The notes under the pieces are model-generated. The model saw nothing but the letters and a program-made list of their open reading frames with translations, ran no database searches and had not been told where the DNA came from. From the NCBI GenBank assembly GCA_028710695.1, contig JAQTTP010000006.1:1-32000 (forward strand): a DNA stretch of 32,000 nucleotides. The letters are read 5' to 3'. The translations under genes were made by a program, and so were the position numbers. Position 1 is the stretch's first letter, and each line of letters opens with the position of its first letter. Positions 16,227 to 26,267 of this stretch are shown piece by piece. This stretch comes from Candidatus Iainarchaeum sp. (lineage in GTDB: Archaea; Iainarchaeota; Iainarchaeia; Iainarchaeales; 0-14-0-20-30-16).

Positions 16227-17762
16227 ATGCAGACCGATATATCTACATCTCTGAACCTCGATGCTACTGTTGGGGTTGTTATCCAATATGCTCAAAAAAA
16301 AGATGTGATTATCGATAAGGATGCGGCTATTTTTCTATCCAAACAAGGGGATTACAAGGTTGTAATAGATTCTGCGTATAAAGATAAGGCTCCTTTTTTG
16401 GACTTAAAAAAGGCAGAAGAAATCTTGCAGAAATTGGGTTCTAGTGTTGAAATCGTATTTGAAAAGAAGGCAGATATGTCTAATCTTGAAGTAGTTGTAG
16501 AGAATAGGGCAAAAAGAAGAGAAGCAAAAGAATACACTTCTAAGATGAAAATGATGAAAGACACAGACATAACAAATAATACAACTGGGCAAGGAAAAGT
16601 TTCTGATTTTGTAGAATTTGTAAGAGATAGATATAATATTTTGTCTGGATTAATAAAAAAACATAATAACTTTTCCCCAGTGCAATCAAGCGGGATAAAA
16701 TATTCTGCTAAGGGTGTAGAAGTAGATGTAATTGGAATGGTATATGAAAAAAGAGATACCAAGACAGGAAATCTGATGGTAATTTTTGATGATAATAATG
16801 GATTCTTTACTGCAATTTTTGATAAGAATAAGCCTATTTATGCGCAAGCAAGAAAACTTTTAAATGATGATGTTGTAGGAATAAAAGGAGTAAAATTAGA
16901 TGAAAAATTAATTTATGCTTCGGAAATTATTTTCCCTGATATGCCAGTTGCAACACCTAAAAAAGCAGATATAGATTTAGATATTGTTTTTACCTCCGAT
17001 ATTCATATTGGGAGCAATGTATTTTTTGAAAAAGAGTTTAGTAATTTTATTGATTGGCTTGATAAAGGGGAAGATAGTAGTAAAATAAAATATTGTGTAA
17101 TTGCGGGTGACGGAGTAGATGGTATTGGTGTTTACCCTGGCCAAGATGAAGAGCTGGCAGTAAAAGATATTTACAAGCAATATGAAATTTTTTCTAATTA
17201 TGTTGAAAAGATTCCTGAACATATAGAAACTTTTATTATTCCTGGAAACCATGATGCAGTTAGAAGAGCAGATCCTCAGCCAGCAATACCAAGAGAATAT
17301 TTAAAAAAATTATATGGGATGAAAAATGTACATGTTTTGGGCTCTCCATCTATGGTGGAAATTGAAGGTTTAAAAATGCTGATGTATCATGGAAATTCAA
17401 TGAATGAATTACAGGCGAAATTAGGGATCCATTTTGAAGATCCGATTCCAGCAATGGAAGCTTATTTGCTAAGAAGAGATGTATGTACAATGTATGGTGG
17501 AAAGAACCCTGTATCTCCGGATAAAGGCGGAGTTTTACAGATAAAAGAAGAGCCAGATATTTTTGTTACCGGCCATTTACACTCAAATGGCTATGGGACC
17601 TATAAAAAAACAATGTTGATAAATCCTGGTGCTTGGCAAGCGCAGACATCATTTCAGAAACAACAAGGTCACATCCCTACCCCTGGAAGAGTGCCAGTAA
17701 TGAATATGAAAACAGGAAAAATATTGGAGAAGGTGTTCATAAATGAAGTTGCCAATATGTGA
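16227..17762 (+). CDS. dp1: DNA polymerase II (PolD) small subunit DP1
   Basis: C-terminal calcineurin-like phosphoesterase motifs FTSDIHIGS, IAGDGVDG, IPGNHD, GHLH, preceded by an OB-fold region. Immediately followed by DP2. Confidence 0.9.
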   Translation: MQTDISTSLNLDATVGVVIQYAQKKDVIIDKDAAIFLSKQGDYKVVIDSAYKDKAPFLDLKKAEEILQKLGSSVEIVFEKKADMSNLEVVVENRAKRREAKEYTSKMKMMKDTDITNNTTGQGKVSDFVEFVRDRYNILSGLIKKHNNFSPVQSSGIKYSAKGVEVDVIGMVYEKRDTKTGNLMVIFDDNNGFFTAIFDKNKPIYAQARKLLNDDVVGIKGVKLDEKLIYASEIIFPDMPVATPKKADIDLDIVFTSDIHIGSNVFFEKEFSNFIDWLDKGEDSSKIKYCVIAGDGVDGIGVYPGQDEELAVKDIYKQYEIFSNYVEKIPEHIETFIIPGNHDAVRRADPQPAIPREYLKKLYGMKNVHVLGSPSMVEIEGLKMLMYHGNSMNELQAKLGIHFEDPIPAMEAYLLRRDVCTMYGGKNPVSPDKGGVLQIKEEPDIFVTGHLHSNGYGTYKKTMLINPGAWQAQTSFQKQQGHIPTPGRVPVMNMKTGKILEKVFINEVANM

Positions 17763-20700
17763 TCCAGAGACAAAAAAATATTTTGAAAAAATAGTAATTG
17801 ATGTGGATGCTCTGTATTCTTTGGCAACAGATGTGAGAAAATTAGGTTATGATATTAAAGATGAAGTAGAAATAAAGAGGGCAACAAACTTAGCGGAGAG
17901 GACGGAAGCAATTTTAGAGTTCCCTGGGCTTGCAAAAAGATATGATGAAATAATGGCTGTAAAAAAAGACAGATTTCCAACAATAATACAAATGTTTGAT
18001 GAAATTTTAGATGGGAAACTAGGAAGCTTTCCAACAGATGAAAAAAGATTAGAATCTGCAGTGAGGACAGCATTAACTCTGTATACAGAGGGTGTTGTTG
18101 TTGCGCCTTTGGAAGGAATTCCAGCTGTAAAAATAAGTTCTAATTCTGATTCTACAAAGTATGCGGATATTTATTATGCCGGACCAATAAGAGCAGCAGG
18201 TGGAACAGGAACGGTTTTACCAATAGTTCTTGCCTACTATGGTGGAAAAAAATTGGGGTTAGATAGATATAAAGCAACAGAATCTGAAATAGAAAGATAT
18301 GTTGAAGAATACCGAATTATTGGACGAAAATACGCAAGACAGATAAAAGTTACGGAAGATGAAATCAGGCATATTATCAGAGAATGCCCTGTTTGTATAA
18401 ATGGGGAAGCAACAGACCCTGAAGAAGTTGATGTTTATAGGAATTTAGAGAGAGTTCCAACAAATAGGCTAAGAGGCGGAGCATTCTTGGTATTAACTGA
18501 GGGTGTAACTCTTAAAGCAGCAAAATTAAAAAAACTTGCAAAGGGATTTGGGTTTGACTGGAGCTGGCTTGACAAATTTATAAAAGTAAAAGAAACAGGA
18601 AATACAACTGAAATTCTGCCTAATTATAGGTATTTGGAAGGTGCTGCCGCGGGAAGGCCTGTGTTTGCATATCCATCTAGATTTGGTGGATTTAGATTAA
18701 GATATGGAAGAACAAGAACAACTGGGCTAATGGCTAAAGCCTTGCATCCAGCAACTATGCATGTGCTTGGGGGTTATGCCGCAGTAGGCACTCAATTAAA
18801 AGTTGAAAGGCCAGGTAAAGCAACAGTTATCGGGGCTTGTGACCAAATAGAACCAGCATATGTTAAGCTTAGGGATAAATCTATTGTAAGAGCGGAATCA
18901 AAAGAATGGTACGATGCCAATGTAATGAATATTGAAAAAATCTTATTTGTGGGAGATATGCTAATTCCATATGGTGACTTTAGAAAAACTGCGCACCCCC
19001 TGATGCCGCCAGGATATTGTGAAGAGTGGTGGGCTTTAGAACTAGAAAAAGAAATAGAAAATAAAAAACTTGACAAAAAAGATTTTGATAATTTTTTAAA
19101 TAATCCCCTTAATGTAAAAGAAGAAGATGCAGTAAAGCTATCAGATAGTCTAGGAGTTCCATTACATCCAAGGTATTTGTATTTTTATACTCAATTAAAT
19201 CAAGATGATATTATTTATATCAGAAAGGCATTGCAAAAAGCAGAAAGAAAATATTCTGATGGAATCGAATTTGAGGCAGTGTTAGATTATGATGAAAAAC
19301 TTGACTTTTTATTTACAAAGATTGTAATGCCAATGAAAGTAGAAACCGAAAAAATAAAAATAAAACACGGTTTATCATTGTTTAAAACATTTGGTGTTTT
19401 TGATTTAGAAAAAGAAATACCTGTTGGTCTTGAAGCATTGGATTTATTGGGCTATTTATCTGGATTTAAAATAAAAGATAAAGCCGGATCTTTCATTGGT
19501 GCTAGAATGGGTAGGCCTGAGGCAGCAACAGAAAGAAAAATGACTGGTAGCCCGCAAGTTTTATTTCCAATTGGAAAAACAGGCGGTGCAACAAGAAATA
19601 TTAACAAAGCAGTTGATTTCAAATCACAAGAAAGTAATGGTTTGTTTGGTTCTAAAGCGGCATCGACAGTAGAAATCGCATTTTATAAATGCCCGAAATG
19701 TAGAAAAGAAACTGTGTATCCATATTGTTGGGAATGTAAAGAAAGAACGACAAGGCAATACCATTGTGGGTCTTGTGGAAAAGGTTATGACGAAAGAAAA
19801 GAAAAGTGCACATGTGGTGGAAAAATATATCACTCAAAAAGATCAAGTTTGTCTTTTGCAAGCATATTTGGAGATGCAGTAAAAAGGCTTGGTGTTGAAG
19901 CCCCTGCAATGATAAAGGGTGTAGAGGGGCTAGTTTCAATAGATAAAGTTGCGGAGCCTATAGAAAAAGGAATTCTAAGAGCAAAAAATGGAGTTTATGT
20001 TTTTAAAGACGGTGTTTGTAGAGCAGATTTATTAGATTTTAATTTAAGCCATTTTAAACCTGCAGAATTGAAAATGACAGTTGAAAAAGCAAGAGCTTTG
20101 GGGTATGAAATAGATATTTATGGCAATGAACTTAAAGATGCAAATCAGATGCTAAGGTTGTTCCCACAAGACGTTATTTTGAATACAACAGTTGGAGATT
20201 ATTTAGTAAAAGTTGCAACATTTGTAGATGATCTTTTAGAAAAATTTTATAAAAAACCAAGATTTTATCATGCAAAAGTAAAAGATGATTTGATAGGCCA
20301 ATATATTCTTGCATTAGCACCGCACATTGTTGCGGGGATTGTAGGTAGAATTATTGGATATAGTGAATCTAGAGTGATGTTTTCACACCCATATTTTAAT
20401 ACTGCAAAAAGAAGAAATACTGATGGAGACCAAGATTCAGCAATGCTGCTTTTAGATGTATTTTTGAACTTTTCAAAAGATTATCTCCCTTCTACAAGGG
20501 GTGGAAAACAAGACACGCCTCTGGTTGCTACAATTGTTTTAGATCCACAAGAAATAGATGATGAAGCCTATGAAATGGAAACTGCGTCAAAATATACTTT
20601 GGAATTTTATGAATCAGCATTAAAAAAAGCAGAACCGGGTTTGAAGTTTTTAAATATTGTTGGAAACTTTATTGGAACTGATAAACAATTTACAGAATTA

Positions 20701-21162
20701 AATTTTACACATGATACTGCCCAATATGATGCGGGTCCAAAGCAATCAAGTTATACTTTGATAAAAGATATGAAAGACAAGATTTCAAATCAACTTGATT
20801 TGCAGTATAAGATAAGTGCAGTGGACCATATGGCAGCATTAGAATTGGTATTATCAACACATTTTTTGCCAGATATTATCGGAAACGCAAGAAAATATGC
20901 TAGACAAGGTTTTAGGTGCACAAAATGCAATAAAAAATTTAGGCGTATGCCCTTATCTGGTGCTTGTGCGTGTGGCGGTAACATAAATTTAACAATTGCA
21001 CAAGGTTCTGTAAGAAAATATCTTGGGCTTGCGGATGATATTTCTAAAAGATATAAACTTACAGATTATTTAGATCAAAGAATAAAATTGATTTACAAAG
21101 AAGTTGATTCTTTATTCAATAATGAAAAAATTAAACAAAAGTCTTTAGGGGACTTTATGTGA
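17743..21162 (+). CDS. dp2: DNA polymerase II (PolD) large catalytic subunit DP2
   Basis: 1139 aa. The N-terminus ETKKYFEKIVIDVDALYSLATDVRKLGYD..EVEIKRATNLAERTE is DP2-like. Zn-finger clusters CPKCRKETVYPYCWECK...CGSCGK...CTCGG and a C-terminal CTKCNKKFRRMPLSGACACGG. Overlaps DP1 by 20 nt. Confidence 0.9.
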   Translation: MKLPICDPETKKYFEKIVIDVDALYSLATDVRKLGYDIKDEVEIKRATNLAERTEAILEFPGLAKRYDEIMAVKKDRFPTIIQMFDEILDGKLGSFPTDEKRLESAVRTALTLYTEGVVVAPLEGIPAVKISSNSDSTKYADIYYAGPIRAAGGTGTVLPIVLAYYGGKKLGLDRYKATESEIERYVEEYRIIGRKYARQIKVTEDEIRHIIRECPVCINGEATDPEEVDVYRNLERVPTNRLRGGAFLVLTEGVTLKAAKLKKLAKGFGFDWSWLDKFIKVKETGNTTEILPNYRYLEGAAAGRPVFAYPSRFGGFRLRYGRTRTTGLMAKALHPATMHVLGGYAAVGTQLKVERPGKATVIGACDQIEPAYVKLRDKSIVRAESKEWYDANVMNIEKILFVGDMLIPYGDFRKTAHPLMPPGYCEEWWALELEKEIENKKLDKKDFDNFLNNPLNVKEEDAVKLSDSLGVPLHPRYLYFYTQLNQDDIIYIRKALQKAERKYSDGIEFEAVLDYDEKLDFLFTKIVMPMKVETEKIKIKHGLSLFKTFGVFDLEKEIPVGLEALDLLGYLSGFKIKDKAGSFIGARMGRPEAATERKMTGSPQVLFPIGKTGGATRNINKAVDFKSQESNGLFGSKAASTVEIAFYKCPKCRKETVYPYCWECKERTTRQYHCGSCGKGYDERKEKCTCGGKIYHSKRSSLSFASIFGDAVKRLGVEAPAMIKGVEGLVSIDKVAEPIEKGILRAKNGVYVFKDGVCRADLLDFNLSHFKPAELKMTVEKARALGYEIDIYGNELKDANQMLRLFPQDVILNTTVGDYLVKVATFVDDLLEKFYKKPRFYHAKVKDDLIGQYILALAPHIVAGIVGRIIGYSESRVMFSHPYFNTAKRRNTDGDQDSAMLLLDVFLNFSKDYLPSTRGGKQDTPLVATIVLDPQEIDDEAYEMETASKYTLEFYESALKKAEPGLKFLNIVGNFIGTDKQFTELNFTHDTAQYDAGPKQSSYTLIKDMKDKISNQLDLQYKISAVDHMAALELVLSTHFLPDIIGNARKYARQGFRCTKCNKKFRRMPLSGACACGGNINLTIAQGSVRKYLGLADDISKRYKLTDYLDQRIKLIYKEVDSLFNNEKIKQKSLGDFM

Positions 21163-21214
21163 AATATAAGAGATTTATAAATATTCTTGTAGATATTATA
21201 TAGCCGGTGATGAT

Positions 21215-22159
21215 ATGAAGAACGCATTTCTAACTATTTTGATTGCTTTTATTGTGTTGATAATTGTTGTTTTTGGCCTTGTTTATTTTATGGGCCTAAA
21301 AGACGATCCAACAGTGACTACTAAAAACACAGACAATGCGAATGAAGTGCTTGTAGAAGTTTTACAAGGTGATGTTTATTATAAAAATGTAGATACAAAT
21401 AATGTTTACCTGCTTCTTGAAAAAAACAAATATCTTGGAGAAAATACTTGGATAAAAACAGATTTGAACAGCAAAGCACAACTTAACTTTGGAGAAGGAA
21501 TTTATGCTGTTTTGTCTGAAAATACAGAAGTTTTGATAAAAGAGTTTTTGGAAGAAAAAGATCTTAAAACAATTGAATTGGAACAAACCTCTGGAAGCAT
21601 TTGGCATAGAATAATGAAAATATTTGGAAGTGCGGATTATTCTGTTGAGGTTGGAGATGTAATTGCAAGTGTAAGGGGTACTGGATTCTTTACAGATATT
21701 GATAATAACAATTCTACTGTGTCAGTACACGATGGAAATGTAGAAGTATTGGCTGGAGAAAAAAGGTATTATGTGACTTCTGGATATAAAGTTCAGATTA
21801 ACAGAAATCTAAAAACCGCAACAACAGTTGTTGAAAATGTAGCTATTACTGAAATAATAAATAAAGATAAAGAAAATGACGGGTCTTTGTATAATAAGGA
21901 TGGAGTTAAAGTAACTAATCTTGGATCCGGCGGATTTATTGATGATAGTTTAGCAATTGATAATTCTATTGTTGAAAAGAAAAAAGAAGAATTAAGGCAA
22001 GAGTATTCTATACAAATTGGGGTTGCACAAAGTACATCTCCGGAAGTTACTGATAACGTAATTGATGAATATTTGGACATTGCAGTAAAAGAAGGTGCGG
22101 ATAAAGCAAAGCAAATGCTTGTAGAACAAGGTATTGATATTGGAAATTATATTAAGTAG
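21215..22159 (+). CDS. FecR-domain membrane-anchored protein
   Basis: N-terminal TM FLTILIAFIVLIIVVFGLVYF. FecR pattern GDVYYKN...W...L.....T...SKAQLNFGEGIYAVLSENTEVLI....L.L.QTSGSIWHRI....DYSVEVGDVIASVRGTGFFTDI....STVSVHDGNVEV. SD GGTGATGAT. Confidence 0.7.
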   Translation: MKNAFLTILIAFIVLIIVVFGLVYFMGLKDDPTVTTKNTDNANEVLVEVLQGDVYYKNVDTNNVYLLLEKNKYLGENTWIKTDLNSKAQLNFGEGIYAVLSENTEVLIKEFLEEKDLKTIELEQTSGSIWHRIMKIFGSADYSVEVGDVIASVRGTGFFTDIDNNNSTVSVHDGNVEVLAGEKRYYVTSGYKVQINRNLKTATTVVENVAITEIINKDKENDGSLYNKDGVKVTNLGSGGFIDDSLAIDNSIVEKKKEELRQEYSIQIGVAQSTSPEVTDNVIDEYLDIAVKEGADKAKQMLVEQGIDIGNYIK

Positions 22160-22237
22160 TGATTTGGATGAAAGAGCAAGAAAGCAATTTTTGAAAAAGC
22201 AAAATTGTTTCAGGTTTTTTCAAATAAGGTGTTAATT

Positions 22238-23863
22238 ATGAAAGAAAAAAGTATAGTATTTATTACTGGATTTCTAATTGCCCTAGTTATTGTGTGTGCT
22301 TTTGTTGGATTAAGATTATTTTCATATGTGGATAATCTTGTAACAGATCAATTCTACTATGTCGCGGGGAATAATGATAACATAGTTCTTGTTCTTATTG
22401 GCGATGAAACAATAGAAAAACTTGGTGCTTGGCCAATAGATAGAGAAAATTATTCTAAATTTTTGGATAAAGTTGATGCAAAAATAATTGGTATTGATAT
22501 TTCTTTTTTTGACCAAACTGCAAAAGACAATTTGATAAAAACATCTATGAAAGACAAAAATATTGTGCTCGCATCAGAGCTTAGCCCTGATATGAAAACA
22601 GAAACTGTGCCAATATTTGGAACAAATTATGGGTATGTAAATGTTCCTGTTGAAAAAGATGGAGTAAGTAGAAAAGTACTTGATCTTAAATACACAAGCT
22701 TTGCAAAAAAGATTTGCGAATTATATACAAACGATTTGTGCAAAGAGAATGGATCTTATTTGAATTTTTCTTATAAACAAAATAATTTTAAAACCTATAA
22801 ATTTGAAGATATCGCTTTGTCTAATAAAAGTTATGATTTTGGAAATAAAATTGTGTTATTGGGTTCAAATGTAAAAAATCTTCATGATTATGTTAATACC
22901 CCTTTACAAAAAGAAATGCAGGGTGTAGTTTATCAAGCAAATTATATTGAGAGTTATCTGCAGAAAAACTTTTTGAATAATTATTTTTATCTTGTATTTT
23001 TATTTAGTGTATTTTTAGTTATAATTACTTTTTTAGTTGGTTATTTTATTGGGCCTAAATTGTCAATAATTTTGATTGTTTGTCTTTTATTATTGTGTTT
23101 TGTGTTATCTCTTGTACTGTTTGAATATCTTCTAGTATTTAGTTTATTTTATCCTCTGGTTTCTGTAATAATATCTGGAGTTGCATTCTATCTGACAGAT
23201 TATCAATTTAGAGGCATAGAAAAAAGAGGAATTACAAATTTGTTTAGTAAATATGTTTCAAAAAATGTTGTTAGTCATATGTTAAAGGATCCAAAAAAAT
23301 ATACAGATTATAATTCTGAAAGAAAAAGAGTTACAATATTATTTGGAGATATTAGGGGCTTTACAAAAATGTCTTCTAAGATGGACTCGGAAGATGTAAT
23401 GCACACATTAAATGCCTATCTTAACGAAATGACGGAAATTATTTTTAAACATGGTGGAACAGTAGACAAATATGTTGGTGATGAAATAATGGCTGTGTTT
23501 AATTCTCCAACCGATGTTAAAGACCATGAAAGAAAAGCATTTGAATGTGCAAAAGAAATGTTGGCACATGTTGCAAAAGTAAATAAAAAAACAGGAAAGA
23601 AATTAAATTACGGCATTGGAATAAATTCAGGATATGTTGTTGCAGGAAGCTTTGGTTCTAAGCACCGTTTGGAATATGGTGTGTTAGGAGACACAGTAAA
23701 TTTAGCATCTCGTTTTTGTAGTGTTGCCCAAGGTAATGAAATTGTAATGGGTATAGGTACATATGATAGTCTGAAACTAACTGATAGGCTTGGACTTGAA
23801 AAAAAAGAATATGACCTAAAAGGAAAAGGCTACACAACCGCATATGTTTTCAAGAAAAAGTGA
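22238..23863 (+). CDS. CHASE2 sensor domain / class III adenylate (nucleotidyl) cyclase
   Basis: TM1, then a CHASE2-like IVLVLIGDETIEKLGAWPIDRENYSKFLDKVDAKIIGIDISFFDQ, then a 3-helix membrane block, then the cyclase domain. The cyclase has metal Asp residues in FGDIRGFT and GDEIMAVF, Lys in DKYVGD, and Asn/Arg in GDTVNLASRF. I moved the start to ATG 22238 (AAGGTG SD). Confidence 0.85.
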   Translation: MKEKSIVFITGFLIALVIVCAFVGLRLFSYVDNLVTDQFYYVAGNNDNIVLVLIGDETIEKLGAWPIDRENYSKFLDKVDAKIIGIDISFFDQTAKDNLIKTSMKDKNIVLASELSPDMKTETVPIFGTNYGYVNVPVEKDGVSRKVLDLKYTSFAKKICELYTNDLCKENGSYLNFSYKQNNFKTYKFEDIALSNKSYDFGNKIVLLGSNVKNLHDYVNTPLQKEMQGVVYQANYIESYLQKNFLNNYFYLVFLFSVFLVIITFLVGYFIGPKLSIILIVCLLLLCFVLSLVLFEYLLVFSLFYPLVSVIISGVAFYLTDYQFRGIEKRGITNLFSKYVSKNVVSHMLKDPKKYTDYNSERKRVTILFGDIRGFTKMSSKMDSEDVMHTLNAYLNEMTEIIFKHGGTVDKYVGDEIMAVFNSPTDVKDHERKAFECAKEMLAHVAKVNKKTGKKLNYGIGINSGYVVAGSFGSKHRLEYGVLGDTVNLASRFCSVAQGNEIVMGIGTYDSLKLTDRLGLEKKEYDLKGKGYTTAYVFKKK

Positions 23864-23869
23864 GTTTAA

Positions 23870-24511
23870 ATGTTAACAAAAAAAATTGAAGAACTTAAAA
23901 AAAGTAAAATATCAAAATTAATTGCTGGCAGAATAAAAGAATTTAAAACAAAAAAATCAAGCGAGGAAATATTTTCTGAGCTCTGTTTTTGTTTAATGAC
24001 TGCAAACTTTAATGCTGAACGTTCGATAAAAATTCAAGAGCAAATAGGGGCAAAAGGATTTCTAAATCTTCCAGAACAAAAGCTTGCTACAAAATTAAAA
24101 GAGTTGGGTCACAGGTTCCCAAATACAAGAGCGAAATATATTGTTGAAGCCCGGGGGCATATAGGAGAAATTGTAAAGCAAGTAGGGCAAGGGCAGCATC
24201 AGTTAAGAGTTGACCATTTACAAAATATTAGGGCTTGGCTTGTAAAGAATGTAAAAGGCCTTGGCTTAAAAGAATCAAGTCATTTCTTGCGGAATATTGG
24301 ATTTGATGACTTTGCAATAATAGATTTCCATATTGTTGACTTGTTGGTAAAAGAAAAGCTAGTAAGTAAAATTAAATCCGGTGCGCTTACAAAAATGAAG
24401 TACTTAGAAATTGAACAAATCCTACTTGGTATTGGCAAAAAAGTAAATCTTAATTTGGCAGAACTTGATTTATATTTATGGTACTTAGAAACAGGAAAGA
24501 TACTGAAATAA
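23870..24511 (+). CDS. ogg: 8-oxoguanine DNA glycosylase/AP lyase, archaeal Ogg2 type
   Basis: LCFCLMTANFNAE, LGHRFPNTRAKYIV, VKGLGLKESSHFLRNIGFDDFAIIDFHI (HhH-GPD with Lys/Asp), KYLEIEQILLGIGKKVNLNLAELDLYLWYLETGKILK. From memory this closely parallels M. jannaschii Ogg. Confidence 0.9.
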   Translation: MLTKKIEELKKSKISKLIAGRIKEFKTKKSSEEIFSELCFCLMTANFNAERSIKIQEQIGAKGFLNLPEQKLATKLKELGHRFPNTRAKYIVEARGHIGEIVKQVGQGQHQLRVDHLQNIRAWLVKNVKGLGLKESSHFLRNIGFDDFAIIDFHIVDLLVKEKLVSKIKSGALTKMKYLEIEQILLGIGKKVNLNLAELDLYLWYLETGKILK

Positions 24512-24539
24512 AATATTATTTATAATCTTAAAAAATTAG

Positions 24540-24572
24540 ACCCTAAAAAAGGGTTAGGGAAAAATATTCCCT
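24540..24572. terminator. Two adjacent short hairpins between convergent genes (possible bidirectional terminator)
   Basis: ACCCT-aaaaa-AGGGT (24540-24554) and AGGGAA-aaata-TTCCCT (24556-24572), lying between the ogg stop (24511) and the stop of the 54-aa minus-strand ORF (24596). Confidence 0.3.
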
Positions 24573-24595
24573 TAACTTTGTTTATTTTATACTAC

Positions 24596-24760
24596 TTATT
24601 TCTTCTTTAACATTGGTAATCCAGTTCTCTTATTCTCAACTACCTTGTATCCGCTTGGCAATTCAATTGAGCCCTTTGGATCCTTTGAAAAGTAGAACAA
24701 TCTTCCTTTTTGGTGTAGGTGGTATGTTAAACCCTTGCTATTCTTATAACTAAATCCCAT
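24596..24760 (-). CDS. Candidate conserved small protein, 54 aa (not in the ORF track)
   Basis: My translation is MGFSYKNSKGLTYHLHQKGRLFYFSKDPKGSIELPSGYKVVENKRTGLPMLKKK. GGAGG lies 8 nt upstream of the ATG. The ORF fills an otherwise empty 339-bp gap. Confidence 0.55.
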   Translation of the reverse strand: MGFSYKNSKGLTYHLHQKGRLFYFSKDPKGSIELPSGYKVVENKRTGLPMLKKK

Positions 24761-24850
24761 TCAGAATTCCTCCGTAAATGTTTACGTATAAATTACTTCG
24801 TATTCCTTAATAAACTTATCGCTTTTTTTATTCATAGTTGCGAAGGAAAA

Positions 24851-26248
24851 GTGGTATTTTTGAAAATATATAACTCCCTAACGAAAAAATTAATGGGATT
24901 TAGAGCCAAAAAAGACGTAAATATGTATGTCTGCGGGCCAACAGTTTACAATTATGCACATATTGGCAATATGCGAACTTATATTTTTGGAGATTTAATC
25001 GCCAGATTCTTAGAATACAAGGGCTATAAAGTAAAATATGTAAGAAATTACACTGATGTTGATGATAAAACAATCAAAGGATCAATAGAAAACGGAAAAA
25101 GCTTGGAAGATTTTACTAATTTTTATATTAGAGAATTTGAAAAAGACTGCTCTACTCTGAATTTGAATGAACCTGATGTTAAGCCAAGACCAACAAGACT
25201 AATAAAAGAAATTGTTGAATTTATTGAAGGCCTAATAAAAGATGGATATGCCTACAAAGCAAAAGATGGTTCTACTTATTTTGATATCTCTAAATTTGTG
25301 CACTATGGAAAACTAAATAACATAAAACAAAAGGAATTGAAAAAAGGCGCAAGCGAGCGTGTGAATTTAGATGAATATGAAAAGGACAACGCATCTGACT
25401 TTGTATTATGGAAAGCTTGGAAAGAAGAAGATGGAAAGGTTTATTGGAATACAAGTTTGGGCAAAGGAAGACCGGGCTGGCATATAGAATGTTCTGTAAT
25501 GTGTCATAAGTATTTAGGAAAAACCATTGATATTCATTGTGGTGGAGAAGATCTGAAATTCCCGCACCATGAAAACGAAATCGCACAAAGCGAAGCACAT
25601 AATAATGCAAGATTTGTTAATTATTGGATACACTTTGGGATGCTAACAGTTGATGGAAAAAAAATGTCAAAGAGATATGGAAATATTTACACTATTAGAG
25701 AAATTTTAGAAAAAGGGTACAATCCAATAGCTTTGAAATTATATTATTTCATGTCAAATTATCGGTCAGCAATGGACTTCTCTTTTGAAGAATTAAAAGA
25801 AACTGAATTGAAGTTAAATGGATTCAACAAAACAATAAAAAGGCTTGTTGGATATCATGGTCCGAAAGTAGATCTTGGAGAATACAAAAAGAAAATAAAA
25901 GGTTATTTGAAAGATATTGAAAAAGCAATGGATAATGATTTTAATACTAGGCTTGCAATGACTTACTTATTAGATATGTTTAGTTATATAAACTTAAATA
26001 TAACAGAAGGAAACTTGTCGACTGGGAATATTAAGTTTACTTTGCAAATGTTGAAAGTTTTAGATGTAGTGTTTGGAATCTTTAAGTTCCCTGAAGCACC
26101 GGCAACAATAATATTTGACAAGGTAAAAAAGAGACAAGCATATAGGGCAAAGAAAGATTATGCAATGGCAGACAAGATGAGAGATCAGCTAAAGGATTAC
26201 ATGGTCGAGGACCACAAGAATGGCGCTTTCTCTGTGTATAAAAACTAA
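24851..26248 (+). CDS. cysS: Cysteinyl-tRNA synthetase
   Basis: Class I motifs: HIGN in CGPTVYNYAHIGNMRTY and KMSKR in DGKKMSKRYGN. Zn/Cys site WHIECS, plus GGEDLKFPHHENEIAQSEA. GTG start at 24851 (TTG at 24860 is an alternative). Confidence 0.9.
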   Translation: MVFLKIYNSLTKKLMGFRAKKDVNMYVCGPTVYNYAHIGNMRTYIFGDLIARFLEYKGYKVKYVRNYTDVDDKTIKGSIENGKSLEDFTNFYIREFEKDCSTLNLNEPDVKPRPTRLIKEIVEFIEGLIKDGYAYKAKDGSTYFDISKFVHYGKLNNIKQKELKKGASERVNLDEYEKDNASDFVLWKAWKEEDGKVYWNTSLGKGRPGWHIECSVMCHKYLGKTIDIHCGGEDLKFPHHENEIAQSEAHNNARFVNYWIHFGMLTVDGKKMSKRYGNIYTIREILEKGYNPIALKLYYFMSNYRSAMDFSFEELKETELKLNGFNKTIKRLVGYHGPKVDLGEYKKKIKGYLKDIEKAMDNDFNTRLAMTYLLDMFSYINLNITEGNLSTGNIKFTLQMLKVLDVVFGIFKFPEAPATIIFDKVKKRQAYRAKKDYAMADKMRDQLKDYMVEDHKNGAFSVYKN

Positions 26249-26267
26249 ACAAAAAGCCTAAACGCGT

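Noticed and set aside
17743-17762. 20-nt overlap between DP1 and DP2 as a possible programmed frameshift or fusion
   Set aside because: Both proteins are full length, each with its own normal terminus. Short overlaps are the norm in this window.
17743-21162. Possible intein in the PolD large subunit
   Set aside because: A length of 1139 aa is in the normal intein-free range. I see no large insertion interrupting the conserved blocks or Zn-finger regions.
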